DNA of 64,000 bases from the NCBI RefSeq assembly GCF_018350175.1, contig NC_058383.1, positions 21,516,001 to 21,580,000 on the forward strand, read 5' to 3'. Within the stretch, counting starts at the first letter, position 1, and the number at the start of each line of letters is the position of its first letter. Both the position numbers and the translations under genes were made by a program. The notes beneath the pieces were generated by a model. It had not been told where the DNA came from. It ran no database searches and saw only the letters and a program-made list of their open reading frames with translations. This document shows positions 23,949 to 36,445 of the stretch, in pieces. The DNA comes from Felis catus. Lineage: Eukaryota.

Positions 23949-26837
23949 CCCAGCCACAGGAGGGCACCCATATTTAGATTCTAATGCACCATTTGATTTT
24001 CCCAATAGCAGTTCTTTTGTGGGTTAAAAAGACAGTGCTCAGGAGTAGAAGATATTTCTTACTATTTCATGATATTTCGTGAGCCTGAGAATACATATCC
24101 CCAGGGCTGCCGTCCGCTGTGCGATGGTACGTCCTGTTGCTCTCGGGGCCGCCACTCGAAACTCAGCACTTTGCTGGTTCTCACAGTGTTGTTTTTTGTT
24201 TTGTTTTTTTTTTTAACTAACCTCTTTTTACATCCTGAAAGTAACACATTTTAAAAAATTAACCATAGGTATTAAAGAAAATTTGGAAACTAGAAATGAT
24301 AAGCCACGCTGCTACAATTGAAGAAGTTCACTACTCATATTCTGGGTTTTTCTCTATTTTTTCTTTCCTAAAAGTCCAGGGTGTGTGTGATCATGGCTTT
24401 TGATCCTGCATTTTTCATTTTACCTTACATCATATGCCCCTTCCCATGTTACGATGTTTTTACAACCCATCTTCTCAATGACTGCATGATATGAAGCGGG
24501 TTTATTTTTGCTCATAGTTGGACATTTTTAAGTGGCTCCTGCTTCCCTTTGCAGGTTATTTTTAACAAATAGATACCAGAATCATGTCAAGGTGAATATC
24601 CTAGTGAGACCTGAGCAGAATCTCTCCTTTGTAAAAATAATAAAAAGTTGACGCAGAGTCTCTGACAGACTGGAAAGTCTCCGACAGCCCTAGTGAGCCG
24701 CTGCGGGGCAGAAGGGAGTCATTCTCTCAGACAGATGGGTCAGGAGGTGGGGTAGGTCACCCCACAGTTGTGTCTGCAAAGTGTAATTCCAAGGCTGTGT
24801 TTGGAGTGGCCGGGAGAATACCCTTGGACTGTCTGGAGGGTCAACTGACAACCTAAAGCACGTGTTCACAATTGTTGACGTGATAAACCTTTAGGACCGT
24901 GTCCTCAATCACAGGGTGTCCGTTCTGGCCCCCGGGGAGCCCACATCCTTGATACAGATACTCAAAACAGGAAGGAACTCACTTAGATTTGTCCAAACCC
25001 CACATCAGGGGTGATGTTCTGCCTGAGTGGAAGGAGCGTCCTGGGCATCTTTTTGTCTTTTGCTTTTTAATAAGACATCAGTCCTGTGAACTTAGCTCCG
25101 AGCTGTATGCTCAAAGACCAGCCCTTCTTAGAACGTATCTAATGAAAAATGATGCCTTATGTAAATTCGCAGCCAGAAAGTTTCAGAGGCATTTTTTTTT
25201 TGAAAAACAGAAAAGAGTTCCTGCGGGAATCTTTCTAAAATAACCTTTCCTCATTTTTACTACAGTGAACCAGAGCGTTTAAGACTCACGCATTATCTCC
25301 TCAGATACCATCTTCTCTGTCAGGACCCTCACCCGAGGACACACAGACTCCTGTCGGGAGGAGGGAAGCGCTGTGTCAGTTAGACCCCACAGTCCAACCG
25401 GTGTGGCTCCGATCCTCTGAGGGGTTGAGTCTCTCCGAGTCCCCCTTTCTTACCTCCACAGTGGCATTGCTGCTGCCGTGGAGTTATTTCGTGTGGAGGT
25501 GTCGGCGAGTGCCGTGATGACGTGTGTGCAACGCTTAGCACCGTATCTGGGAAACGGCACCCTCCCCATGATGGCAGCCGTTGTGACAAAGAGGAGTCTC
25601 CTTCTGGAAGCTGGCTCTGCCCCCGTGCCTCTTTGTTGCATGTAAACGTTACCTGTTGCACGTGAACGGATCTGCTGTCTTCTTTTTAAAAAATGGTTCA
25701 CGTAAGAGAGGGAAGGGGGGCTGGGAAGGGGGGTTGGCAGGGTTGGTACCTGCCAACCTCAGGCAAACCAGGCGCAGCAGGCAGGAGGCAGAGGGAACTT
25801 CCCTTAGGCTCCCCCACACGTTTTTTCCCTGGGTGTGGAGGTCGTGCGTGCTCATCAAAAATAGAGGAATTCTGGGAAGTACAAATCCAGGAATTCTTTA
25901 TATGTGATGTAAAAAAAGAAAAAGAAAGGTAGTAAGTTTGTCCTCTGAGAAGGATCTGCGGCCCCTCGGTGTTGGTTTGCACATGCACCCACCTGTTAAC
26001 AAGTAGGAACCTACCCAGTGCGTACGGTGCCCGTGCATCACGCACCCCCCACCGGGCGTGGCGGTTCGGCAGTCTCTGGTAGACTCTTTGAGCTAAAAAG
26101 AGACGCTGACTGGTTGCGCCATCTGTCTTGTCGGGTTAGGACGATGGTAAGGGGATTGAATTTGCAATGCATTTCTGGTACGAGTCTTGTCTGTGAGACA
26201 CAACTGCTCTGCCTGAGGCAGTAGGAGGGGAGGATTGGGAAGATGGCCGGGCTGGATGACTCTTCACCATCCATCCCTGCAGCTGGCCAGCCGTAAAACT
26301 GATGGAGCGTCAGCCATCATCCAGTCACTGTTCTAGGCATCAGGGAGGCACTGAACAAGACAACAAGTACAGGAAAAGCGTCTCTTAAGCATAACGGGAA
26401 AACTCCCCAGCACACCCACCCCAGCCCGGCAGCGTGAAACCACAGCAGATCCGAACATCTCCCTTCTCTCCTGCACCAGCCCTGACACCTCTCAGCTGGC
26501 TCTCACAATTTTCTAGAACACACACCTACTAGAGAGACAAAGGATTCTGTCTTGACGAGGGGCTGGCTTGTCCACTGTTGTGCCCTCACAGGTGGGTGCT
26601 CAGTGAGCACTTGTTCCTGAGTGAGTGCATCTGAGACTCCCCGGCCTCACTAGGAGGAGGGCTGTGGTAGGTGACGATGTCTTTTGTGAGTGTAGGAGTG
26701 AGGGACCGACGGCTCGAGGATTGTGCGTTGCCCTCTTGCTAACGGAATTCTAGCCAACATAATAAGACAAGAAAAAGGAACTGGAGTATAAGTTAGGAAG
26801 ACAAGAGAAAGTACTTGTGGGATGTTGGCGATCCCCC

Positions 26838-27042
26838 TGTGATTGTCAACCAGCGGTTGTTGCCAGGGGACATTTGGAAGTATCTGGAGACATCTTTGTC
26901 ACCCTGGGGGAGAGGGGGCCGTTTGCCACGGCATCTAGGGCATCAAGGGCAGGGCTGCTGCCGTGCACCCTGCAGGCAGCCCCGCAAGCCAGAACGATCC
27001 AGCCCCGAATGTCACTGGTGGGAGGCTGGCGTAGCATTGCTA
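26838..27042. mobile_element. MER20-like hAT-Charlie element
   Basis: ccaggggacatttggaagtatctggagacatctttg...ggcatctag...atccagccccgaatgtca. Confidence 0.7.
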
Positions 27043-27392
27043 AGAGGAATAACCCCTCAGCCCCGGAGGAGGGGGCTGTCTCCAGTGAAGCACACCTGTC
27101 CCCGTGGCCCAGATGTTGTGAGGGGAGTTCCGTTAGTGCGTCAGAGGGCTTGGCGAGAATGAGGTTTCCTCTCCTCGGTCAGAGCGAGCACGCGCTGCAA
27201 GGCTGCATCCGAGAGCTGCCCTGGGGTCTTGGAGGCTTGACCGCCGCTCCCAAGGGCTCATGGCGGCTCTAGCACGAGAAGGCGTGTGTGCATGGGCTGA
27301 CTCGGACTTTCCGGCTCCCCTTCCTCTCGGAGCGCCCCCGGGCGGCTTCGGCATTACCACGCGCTCATCCCGTGTCTCCTGTTTTTGTCCAG

Positions 27393-27523
27393 ACACCAGT
27401 TCTAGAGTTTCAGAACCGCTTCGCAGCACCTTTCCTGACACGCATTCAGACTCCGCAAGCAGAGACGTGCCCGGGCGCATTCTGTTGGACATAGACAACG
27501 ACACGGAAAGCACCGCCCTGTGA
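27393..27523 (+). CDS. ARHGAP17: ARHGAP17 last coding exon, ending in class I PDZ-binding motif ESTAL
   Basis: tttgtccag|AC ACC AGT...GCC CTG TGA; DTSSRVSEPLRSTFPDTHSDSASRDVPGRILLDIDNDTESTAL*, within ORF 27260..27523. Confidence 0.97.
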
Positions 27524-27911
27524 AGAAAGCCTCCCCCAGCCCGGCCCCCTCCACCCTGGCGCGTGGAGCAGGGGCAGGTGCGCAGTTACCCTTGCAGACC
27601 CAACAGCGAAGAGCTTCCAGTGAAGGGAAACGAAGGCCTGACGTGCAGGGCCTCGCCTCCCGCAGCCCGAGGACAGGGTGGGGGCTGACACTTGAAGCCG
27701 AATGACCTGTGTCTTGAGGACGCTGGCTTTCTTTCCTGGGAAGGAAATCATGCCCAGAAACATTTCTAAAAGAAGGAAAAACGGAAAAAGACAAAAGAAA
27801 ACGAAGTAGCTAGAATGGAAGGAGTATGCTCGCCGAGATGTGGGGAGGAAGCTTTGTCGCTGCGCGGTTAGTGCAGGCCGTTCGGAATGAAGAATACCGC
27901 GTTAACTATTT

Positions 27912-27917
27912 AATAAA
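27912..27917 (+). terminator. ARHGAP17: Proximal poly(A) signal AATAAA in ARHGAP17 3' UTR
   Basis: tatttAATAAAatgc about 390 nt after the stop codon. Confidence 0.5.
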
Positions 27918-28235
27918 ATGCGTTCATTATGCAGATCACCCACTTCCTGCTCCTTGGACTTTGATTCTGACACCTTAGGAGGGAGGTCCCTCTCCTTCAG
28001 AATCGCCGCAGAATCATTTTGTATGAAGTATGGTCTGTGCCTCCCCGAGCCCCCGAAAACCACGCGCATCGATGGTGACTGCTGGATCCGTCACCTCAGC
28101 AAACTGGATGTGACCTGTGCCTTGCCGGATTGCAGAATGTAGAAAGAAACGTACTGTTCTTTTTTTTTTTTTTTAAACAATGTAATTGCTACTTGATAAG
28201 GACCGAACAATATTCTAGTTTCATGTTTAATTTGA

Positions 28236-28241
28236 ATTAAA
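28236..28241 (+). terminator. ARHGAP17: Distal poly(A) signal ATTAAA, probable main ARHGAP17 3' end
   Basis: AT-rich context, TGTA elements upstream (28138, 28181), (GT)-rich tract downstream at about 28290-28320. Confidence 0.6.
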
Positions 28242-29028
28242 TATATTCTGTGGTTTATATGAAAACTTTATCATTCTTAGAAGCAAGACCGTGGACTGTG
28301 TGTATGTGTGTGTGTGCGTGCTCTCTCTCACCCAAATAGAATTCGGATGAGACGTCAGGGGGTCTGTGACCGTAGAAGCCTGAAGGAATGGAGAGCAAAG
28401 TCGCGGCAGTGACGCCAGCCCCCAGGTGCCCCAGAGACCTCCCGGACTGGCTGTCCCCGAGTGAGTGTTCCGTGGTCGGGCTCTTCCTGTGCACTTACCG
28501 GTCCTGACTCCCTTCCCTGTCCAGCCAGAGACAGAACAGTCGGCCCCGCAGACCCAGTGCGGGAGTCCCGAAGCCGCTCTTTTCCGGTGGCGGGAAGGCA
28601 CTGCCCTCCCAGGGTTGAAAGACTCGGGAGGAGCAGGTGGGGAAATAGAGCAGAGTGGGGCCCACGGTCTGGATGCCCGTTCTGATGACAGCCGCTCCCG
28701 GTGGCCCAGACGTGGCGGGCTCCTCGGGGGACTAGGCAGGGACACACGCTGCCAGCGTCGGCTGCCTTGAACCATTCCGTTGGTGGAGTTGGTTGCCAGG
28801 CACATCAGCGACCTGTGCCTTGCCCGGAGGACACCGGCCCTGTGTTCCGCTTCAGCAGCACACGCAGTACTGGTGGCACGAAACAGAAGTGAGGCTGTGA
28901 AGTTTAACAGCCGTAACTTACTTGCAAAGGGCAATCGCTTTTTCCTCCCAACTCAAAATTCCCTGTGCCCCCAAAGTGCTTCCTACACTTACTAATTATT
29001 AACTACATTGAAAATAGGTACCTATTGA

Positions 29029-29195
29029 AGCGCCTGGGGGCTCAGTCGGCTAAGTGTCTGACTCACGACTCGTGAGCGTCGGGCTCGCTGCTGTCAGCAC
29101 AGAGGCTGCTTCAGATCCTCTGTTCCCCCCCTCTCTGCCCCTCCCTTGGTCGCATTCTCTTTCTCTCAAAAATAAACATTGAAAAAAAAAAAAAC
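29029..29195 (+). mobile_element. SINEC_Fc, internally deleted
   Basis: gcgcctgggggctcagtcgg head, ctctcaaaaataaac tail. Confidence 0.8.
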
Positions 29196-31061
29196 ACTGA
29201 CACATCAAAACTAAGCACTGGACAAACAAAATAAAGTATTTTTTAAAAAATAGGCACCTATAAACCCATGTATCTTAAATTTATATTCACTTAAGGCTCG
29301 CTCTCCCCCATCCCCCCTTTGCTGTAGACCAAGTTCCTTGCAGAAAGCAAGAGGCTCGGTGTCGGTTGCCCATCAGCATCGAGCCCCTTCCCCAGGGAGC
29401 CCACTGTCCATAATCCGGCATCTGTGCAGCACCTCGGAGATGTCGCGGAGCCTGAGCTGGCACTCGGGGGGAAGCTGGGACACCATGCTTGCGAGGAGAT
29501 GGCGTTGGTGCCTGGGGACCAGGAAGGTCCATGGTGGACAGTTCTCTCCAGAGCGGCACATGCGTTTTATTATTGCTGGCTCCAAAATACAACACAGACC
29601 CTCTTTATTTTAAGAATGTTTTGGTTTTCACTCTCCTTTGTTGGTAATGATCTCCCAACCCCAACAGCTCCAATCTAAAGAAAAATGATGGTTACGCGTG
29701 TCAAAGGTGAATACCAGACCAAGGCTACTGCGCGTCTTCCTGAATGGGGGAGGACCAGAGTGGGGTGTGGGCGGCTTGGCTTGCATTCGGAGCTGTAACC
29801 GCATCGTGGTGGAAGCATGTCCAAGGTCCCACAGAGACGTGATTGCCCCTGCTGGGAGAGTCGCCACCTTGCCGTCCCCTTCTCCTGGCACTAACACCGC
29901 CAGAGAGCAGGAGAGGTCTTGTGATTTAAACTCACGGTGGCCATCCTGCTCATCCAGGAAGGTGCTGGTGTCCAGGAAGATGGTGCCGGTCATCTGCCCC
30001 TTCAGATGGTTTCCTTCCCTTCTCTATGGAATGCTTTCTCATAGAATGTTCTAGCCCTGTGTGCTCAGGCCTTCTCTTCCTGCTCCCCTGCCCACAGCGA
30101 CCCCAGGGTCATGGCCCTATTCCTGACTGACACACGGTGCATTCAGGACCCATCTGTCCTGTTCTTAATCCAGCATTTGGAGACCCCGGGGGTCAGCGCA
30201 GGCCCCTGGCGGCCTGACTCTGCTTGGTCCTACCCTGTGAATCCCCAGGAGTTTAGATGCAGCTGGACCAAGGAAATCCCTGGGGGCTCCACGGATGGAC
30301 CCTTGTCCCTCTCTTGGGACTGTAGCTCCCAGTGAGTCTCACACATGCTCATAGTTGAAGGTCTAAAGGCGATCCTTCTCTGGCTTCTCTACCTGACATC
30401 TGTTCCCACCGTTTCCCCACCAGCGCCGTGGCCCTGGTGGTCTGCAACCGAACTCCAGAGACTCCACCCTCACAGACTGTTCTGCCGTCTCTTGGCTCCA
30501 GGGCCCCAGATGACATCAGTGACTCACAGTCTAGAGTCTTAACATCCCATTGGGTAGCAGCAGCTCACTGATGGATGTTTCTAAACCAGTGGCCCCCACT
30601 GATATCATGGTGGCAGAGCTAGGGACGGGGAAAGATCCGGCACAGCAAAGCCAGAGGCAGAAAGTGGCCTGAGCTACCTCAGCTGCCAGCTAAGGGGAGC
30701 CAGGCAAAAAGTGGGGTGGTGTCGGGGCACCTCTCTCTGGAAGCCATTTCTGGGGGTGTCTCTGTAGTCCCCTTGCCACCCACAGCCCATCTGTGTCCTG
30801 AGGCCATTCTGCACTTCCTGCCCTCAGAGCCACACAATAAATTCCTTTTGTGTTTTTTGCATCAGCTTTCTTGGCTTCGTTTCTGTTACTGACAACCAAA
30901 TGGCCCCTACTTGATGCACTTCCTAAAAGAAGCTGTCCCCCTCTGCTCACTCAGGGACACAGCTGTACAGACCCCTTGCGGCTCCATGGGCGAACTTTCC
31001 TTTCCATATTCCCTGCCAACTCCCCCTTTGCGTCTCCCACGTGTTGACGAGCCATACACAG

Positions 31062-31625
31062 TGTGTCAGTTCTCCATTGCTACGTGACAGACGCCCACAG
31101 ACTTGGCAACCTAAAACGACACACACGTATCACCTCCCAGCTTCTGTGGGTCAGGAGTCCAGGCACAGCTCAGCGGGGCCTCCACATAGGGTCTCACAGG
31201 CTGCTGTCAAGGTGCTGGCCAGGGTCAGGGTCTCATCTGGAGGTTCGACTGGGGAGGGATCCACACCTAAGCTCCCTTGTGGTTGTAGGACCACAAGGTC
31301 TGAGAGCCCTGGCTTCTTGCTGGCCCACACCTGGAGGTCCCCCTCAGCTCTTAGAGGCTGCCCACAGCCCCTCGACTCGTCGGCTTCCCCAGTGTGGCCG
31401 CTAGTGCATCAGGTCAGCAAAGACAGTCTCCAGGATGCATCTGCTGGCAAGACGGTCTTATGTGATGTGATGTAACCACCGACTGACATCCCGTCACCTC
31501 TGCCGTGTTCAACTGGTCAGTAGACGGTTGTGGGTCTGTCCGCCATCAAGGGGAGAGACTATACAAGGGCACGAACACCAGGAGGTGGGGATCGTCGAGG
31601 GTCACCTTAGGGTCTACACCACACA
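31062..31625 (-). mobile_element. MLT1 (ERVL-MaLR) solo LTR
   Basis: cagcttctgtgggtcaggagtcc...aggctgctgtcaaggtgctggccagg...tcatctggaggttcgactggggagggatcc. Confidence 0.8.
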
Positions 31626-32639
31626 CACGAGAACGTCATCACAAATGACACATGTGGGGCAACATTCGAACCAAATATTCTTTTGAGAGAACCAAAAAAA
31701 AGTCATCAGCGTTCTGTTTTCACCCTCTCTACTTGTATCTGAATGGAGTCTTTATGCACATCAATAAATTACATTTGAACGACCAAAAAATTGTTTGCAT
31801 GTCAGTTCATGATAGGGACCCCACATTTGTATGTTCACACAAGGACCCTCAGAATTGAAGCCTGGTCTTCTAGATAATTGCTGGGTGTCCTCCAAGTAAA
31901 TACTGAGGGCTCGCTCTTCCATGTGCTGGCCCAGACCCTGGGGACCCAACCTGAGCCACACAAGCATGGCCCTGGCTGCCGGGAAAACTGACACACGAAC
32001 CCAGGACACACAGCAGGGTGCGGAGGCGGCCCTGCAGACGGAAGGACAGCTGGTGAAGCAGATGCCTCAGAGGCAGGGAGCCAGGCTGAGAGGTGAGGAG
32101 GAGCTGGAGCACGAAGGGCCTCGTCCAGTTGTCCAGGGCAGTTGGGAGCCGTTGAGGGAGCCATGGTGGGGGCAAAGGGGGGTGGCAGTCCCTGCGGTTT
32201 GTAGTTTAGACCCCTGCAGCTGTGACCGCAGGGAATGGACTAGAGCAGGGGCAAGACTGCTTGGCAGGGGACCCCAGGAGAAGAGCTGATTCAGGCCCAG
32301 ATTTAGGTGGAGGTGGCAGGAAGGGGGGCCAGCGGACAGAAGAACACATCCTTAGGGAGGCAGAGGTGGCCCCATTTGCCGACCAACCGTCCCGAAAGTG
32401 AGCGCCAATCCAAAGGGCGGCCCTGCAGACCCTTCGTGGTCTGTGGTCGAGGTTGCACAGGTGACTGGACTGGCCATTTGGTCCCCTGCACAAGCTCAGA
32501 CCTTGGGGGCTGAACCTGTGCAGGGCTAGTGGGTATTCCTTCCTGGTCCCCGGGCAGGGGTGGGCAGTCAGGCCGGGGCAGGGCTGCGGCCGGTGGACGT
32601 GAGACCAGGAGCCGGATGACATCTGCGTCCCGGAGGCCC

Positions 32640-33225
32640 TCCATCTGTGCATTCGCCAGGCACTGTGCTAGGTGTCCGTGTGACAGACTTTACCCTTGTG
32701 GAACTTTCACTCCAGTTGGGAAGACAGTTAAGGAACCGATGATGACGTGTGATACCTGCTTTGAAGGCACATGCCCTAATGGGCCTGAGTGGGATGATCC
32801 CAGAAGGCTTCCCAGAGGAAGTGGTGTTCAAGCAGACACTAGAATAGGAGTTAGGCAGAAGGAGGGGTAGGTAAGGTGGAGGGAAGAGCAGACAGATATA
32901 ACCGGACTTCCGGGACCCACTGTGCACCAGCCCTGTGCTTGGCCCAGAGGTGGGAAACCCCGAGAGTGACGTGGACTCAGCCTGCGAGGGGAGAGGGTCA
33001 GAGTCGAAGCCGCAGAGAGGCCTGGCCATCAGGGGTTATTCCCACCAGGGAATGTGGACTTCATCCCGCGAGCCTGGGAAAGTCACCGAAGGGACCTATG
33101 CAGAACAGTGGCTTGATCAGATCCGCTCTCTCTGCCTGTGGGTGGACGGTGAGCGAGACGAGAGGCAGGAAGGCCAGTGGGGAGGCTGTGGCAGTGATCC
33201 GGGGGAGATGGCCGTGGCCTGCTCG
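32640..33225 (-). mobile_element. L2 fragment
   Basis: gccaggcactgtgctagg...gaaggcttcccagaggaagtg...ggaggctgtggcagtgatcc, L2 3' region motifs. Confidence 0.6.
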
Positions 33226-34364
33226 AAACGCAGCTCCGACCCCGACCAGCAGCAGCAGAGATCTCTGGGGCCTGGCGGAGGGGCAGCGCGGGGGAGCTCA
33301 GGACCCCAGCGGGGCCTGCCGGGCTCCCCCTCCCCGCCTGGAGAGGGATGTTCGGCCCTCCTGGAGCCCACTCGCCTCGGACGTCGTCTCAGGCTCTTGC
33401 CAGCAACACGCTGGGGCGGGGCTCCCCGCAAAGTTTGGGGTGTGCCTCCGCCCACGGATCAGCGTGGCAAGGCCCGGCCTCTGACAAGGCTGCCCCCAGG
33501 TACTGAGGGAAGCACACTGAGCAACTGAGCCAATGGCTCCTCGGCCCCCGGTTTCCTGTCCATGTTCCTCTCAAGTGTGGAAACCGGGGTCCCCTGTGAG
33601 ACTCCTGTTCCCCAGCCCTGTCACGCCGGCACATGGTTCCCATCCACCCCGCCAGCCCCCTGTCCCGGGACTGGAATCCTCGCTCATGGCGCCGGGCCGC
33701 CCCAGAGGTGGGCTCCCGGCTAGCTCTGGCGGTCTGCCCTCCCTCTAAGCCGTGCGTGGGGCCAACAGCCCGGACCGGAGATCCCATCAGACCCCACGAG
33801 GGCCCAGAACACAGACGTGAGGATGGCCGACCCAGCCCGGGACACGGTGGCTTTGCCCCTGGGCCAGCAGAGATTCGCTGTGGACAGACTTGTCTATCCT
33901 TCTGGCCGCTTGTTTGAGGGGAAGCAGCACGTGGACGACGAAGCAGAGAAAAGTCTCCGCCAGTGCTTGGAAAGGGCGCGCAGTTCCCCGATTTTCTTCA
34001 AGCACAAGATTCCAGGGCGCCGCCTGGCCCACTTCCCGGGGATCTCAGGGAGGAGCAGCCCTGCAGTGAGAGAGCGCTGGGGACCGGCCGCTGCTTCCCC
34101 CAAAGCCCACCAGCGTGGAATGCAAGCGGTGGGACGCAGGTCCCGGTCCCCGCACGTCGAAGGGAGAGGGAGAAAGTTAAGCGTTGGCGCTCGGCCGGGC
34201 CAGCGTGGCAGCTGCTGGGCTGGGAGGCCTTGGGGGTCTCCTGGCTTCTTTATCCCTCTGAATGTCGTTCTTGGTGTTCCACGACAGGTAAGAAGAGTGA
34301 ACAGCCCTTTGAGAAAAGGAACCGTTTACACTTCTTTTTCCCCCCAGATTCGAACTGCCATTGC

Positions 34365-34775
34365 TTTTTTTTTTTTTTTAAGTTTGTTTTTGAGAGAGAG
34401 CAAGAAAGGGAGGGGCAGAGAGCGGGAGAGAGAGAATTCCAAGCAGGCTCCACACTGTCAGCAACAGCCCAATGCCCACTGCGGGGATCGAACCCACAAA
34501 ACCATGAGATTGTGACCTGAGCCGAAATCAACAGACACTTAACCGACAGCAACCCAGGCACCCAACCTCCATTGCCTTTGAAGAAGAGGTGCCTCACCCT
34601 GGATTTCAGCTCGGGTACCATCTCCCCAGCTTCGTGGGTTCGAGCCCTGCATCTGGCTCATGCTGACAGTGTGGAGCCTGCTTGGGATTCTCTCTCTCTC
34701 CCTCTCTCTCTGCCCCTCCCTTGCTTGCTCTCTCTCAAAAATGAATAAACTAGAAAAAGAAGAAGAAGAAGAAAA
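34365..34775. mobile_element. Two divergent (head-to-head) SINEC_Fc elements just downstream of the SLC5A11 3' end
   Basis: Minus copy ~34365-34563, plus copy ~34585-34775. Confidence 0.85.
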
Positions 34776-34843
34776 GAGCTCGGTGTCATGTTGGAAATGC
34801 CCCGGAGGAACGTCCATGAAGCCTCGTGGTAAACAAACAAAGC

Positions 34844-34849
34844 TTTATT
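34844..34849 (-). terminator. SLC5A11: SLC5A11 poly(A) signal AATAAA
   Basis: Plus-strand tttatt 72 nt beyond the stop; on the minus strand it is followed by the GU-rich gctttgtttgttt. Confidence 0.75.
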
Positions 34850-34921
34850 ACTTATCTTCTCTCATTACAAAAATGGCACGGAAAATAAACTGAGAGCTCG
34901 GAACCCTGGGTTCACCCCACG

Positions 34922-35127
34922 TTAAGCAAAGTAGCCCCAGACAAAGATGGCACAGCTAATACACACGATGAGGTTGATGTCCAGAAGGGTTTTCACGGAG
35001 GGGTTTTCTTCCAAGGAGACGATGGCAGGTTCCACTTTGCTGGGGGGCTCCTCCTTGCCCCGGCTCTCCATCCCACAGAGCCACAGGATGGCCCGTACCA
35101 CTCTGGACTGCTCTGGGGTCGTGTCAC
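34922..35127 (-). CDS. SLC5A11: SLC5A11 last coding exon
   Basis: ttctag|GT GAC ACG...TAC TTT GCT TAA; DTTPEQSRVVRAILWLCGMESRGKEEPPSKVEPAIVSLEENPSVKTLLDINLIVCISCAIFVWGYFA*, the SGLT-type C-terminal TM ending in GYFA. Confidence 0.97.
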
Positions 35128-35333
35128 CTAGAAGAACCCAAAGGAAGGTCATAAGGATGGGCTGTGCGTCCGGGAGAAGACACCAAGGGGACCAACCAGA
35201 TGTGTTCCGCACATAGTAACAAATACTTGGTGTATCTCTCGTGTCTCTTGAAATGCACGGCCTCCTGGATCTATACTTGAGTTTCCCCTGTTAGGCTGAT
35301 GTGGACACATAGCCACAGTGTGTATGCATGTGT

Positions 35334-35342
35334 GTGCATGTA

Positions 35343-35386
<44 letters not shown>
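35334..35386. repeat. (TG)n(TA)n microsatellite
   Basis: tgtgtgtgtg followed by a (ta) run. Confidence 0.9.
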
Positions 35387-35389
<3 letters not shown>

Positions 35390-35831
35390 GGCCACGCGTG
35401 ATGATGAACAACAGCCCACAGCCTCAGGGTCATGGAGGCAATAGGGGCTGGTGGGGACTTTGGCTAATTGAAGGGCACATCCCAGGTCTTAAGGAGCCTG
35501 CTTTACAAGCTCCAGATGTCAGTCGTGCAGACACGTGGGCCCAGTGTTGTTACAATCTCCCCATTTTCCAAGAGAAGACAGATATCTGGAATTTTACATG
35601 CAATCTCCCGATTTTTAAACGTTAAGTCACATTTCATTACAATGGCAGGTGGGCTAAACCACAGAATGTCTGCAAGCTGCCAGTTTGGAACGAGTAATTT
35701 AGAGAATGCCAGTAGTATTCCAGCCTACCTTGTGGGATTTCGAGAGGATTAGGTGAGCCATGTTCTAGCAGGCGCTCAGCAAGTGCTTGCTGCTATTGCT
35801 TCCCAGCGAGGTATCTGATGAAAGCTACTGA

Positions 35832-36445
35832 GGGGCACCTGGGGAGCTCAGTGGGTTAAGTGTTTGACTTTTGGTTTCAGCTCAGGACACAATCTCGTGG
35901 TGTGTGAGTTTGAGCCCTGCATCAGGCTCCATGCTGATGGTGCAGAGGCTGCCTGGGATTCCTTCTCTCACTCTCTCTCTCTGAGCCTCCCCCCATTCAT
36001 TCTCTCTCTCTTTCTCAAAATAAATAAACTTAGGGGCACCTGGGTGGCTCAGTCGGCTAAGCATCCAACTTCAGCTCAGGTTATGATCTTAGTTTGCGGA
36101 TTTGAGCTTTTGCATTGGGCTCTGTGCTGACAGCTCAGAGCCTGCTTCAGATTCTGTGTCTCCCTCTTTCTCTGCCCCTCCCCAGCTTGTGCTCTGTCTC
36201 TCTCTCTCAAAAATAAACATTAAATAGGGGCGCCTGGGTGGCTCGGTTGAGCATCTGACTTCAGCTCAGGTCATGATCTCACGGTTCATGGGTTCAAGCT
36301 TTGCATCGGGCTCTGTGCTGACAGCTCAGAACCTAGAGCCTGCTTCAGATTCTGTGTGTGTGTCTGTCTCTCTCTCTGCCCCTCCCCCACTCACACTCTG
36401 TCTCTCTCTCCTTCAAAAATAAACATTAAAAAACATTTTTTTTTT
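35832..36445 (+). mobile_element. Three tandem SINEC_Fc elements
   Basis: Heads at ~35832, ~36033 and ~36226, each next to the A-tail of the previous one. Confidence 0.88.

Noticed and set aside
28227..28934. 235-aa minus-strand ORF
   Set aside because: Non-ATG start, crosses a (GT)n tract and the ARHGAP17 3' end, no homology recognised
33543..33592. 14-bp imperfect inverted repeat (ggcccccggtttcc / ggaaaccggggtcc)
   Set aside because: Short, and plausibly chance or MIR-derived in GC-rich DNA; not pre-miRNA-like
32876..34520. Long ORFs (202, 197, 232 and 185 aa) in the intergenic region
   Set aside because: Overlapping in several frames, no recognisable domain, running through L2 and SINE sequence; expected from stop-codon scarcity in GC-rich DNA
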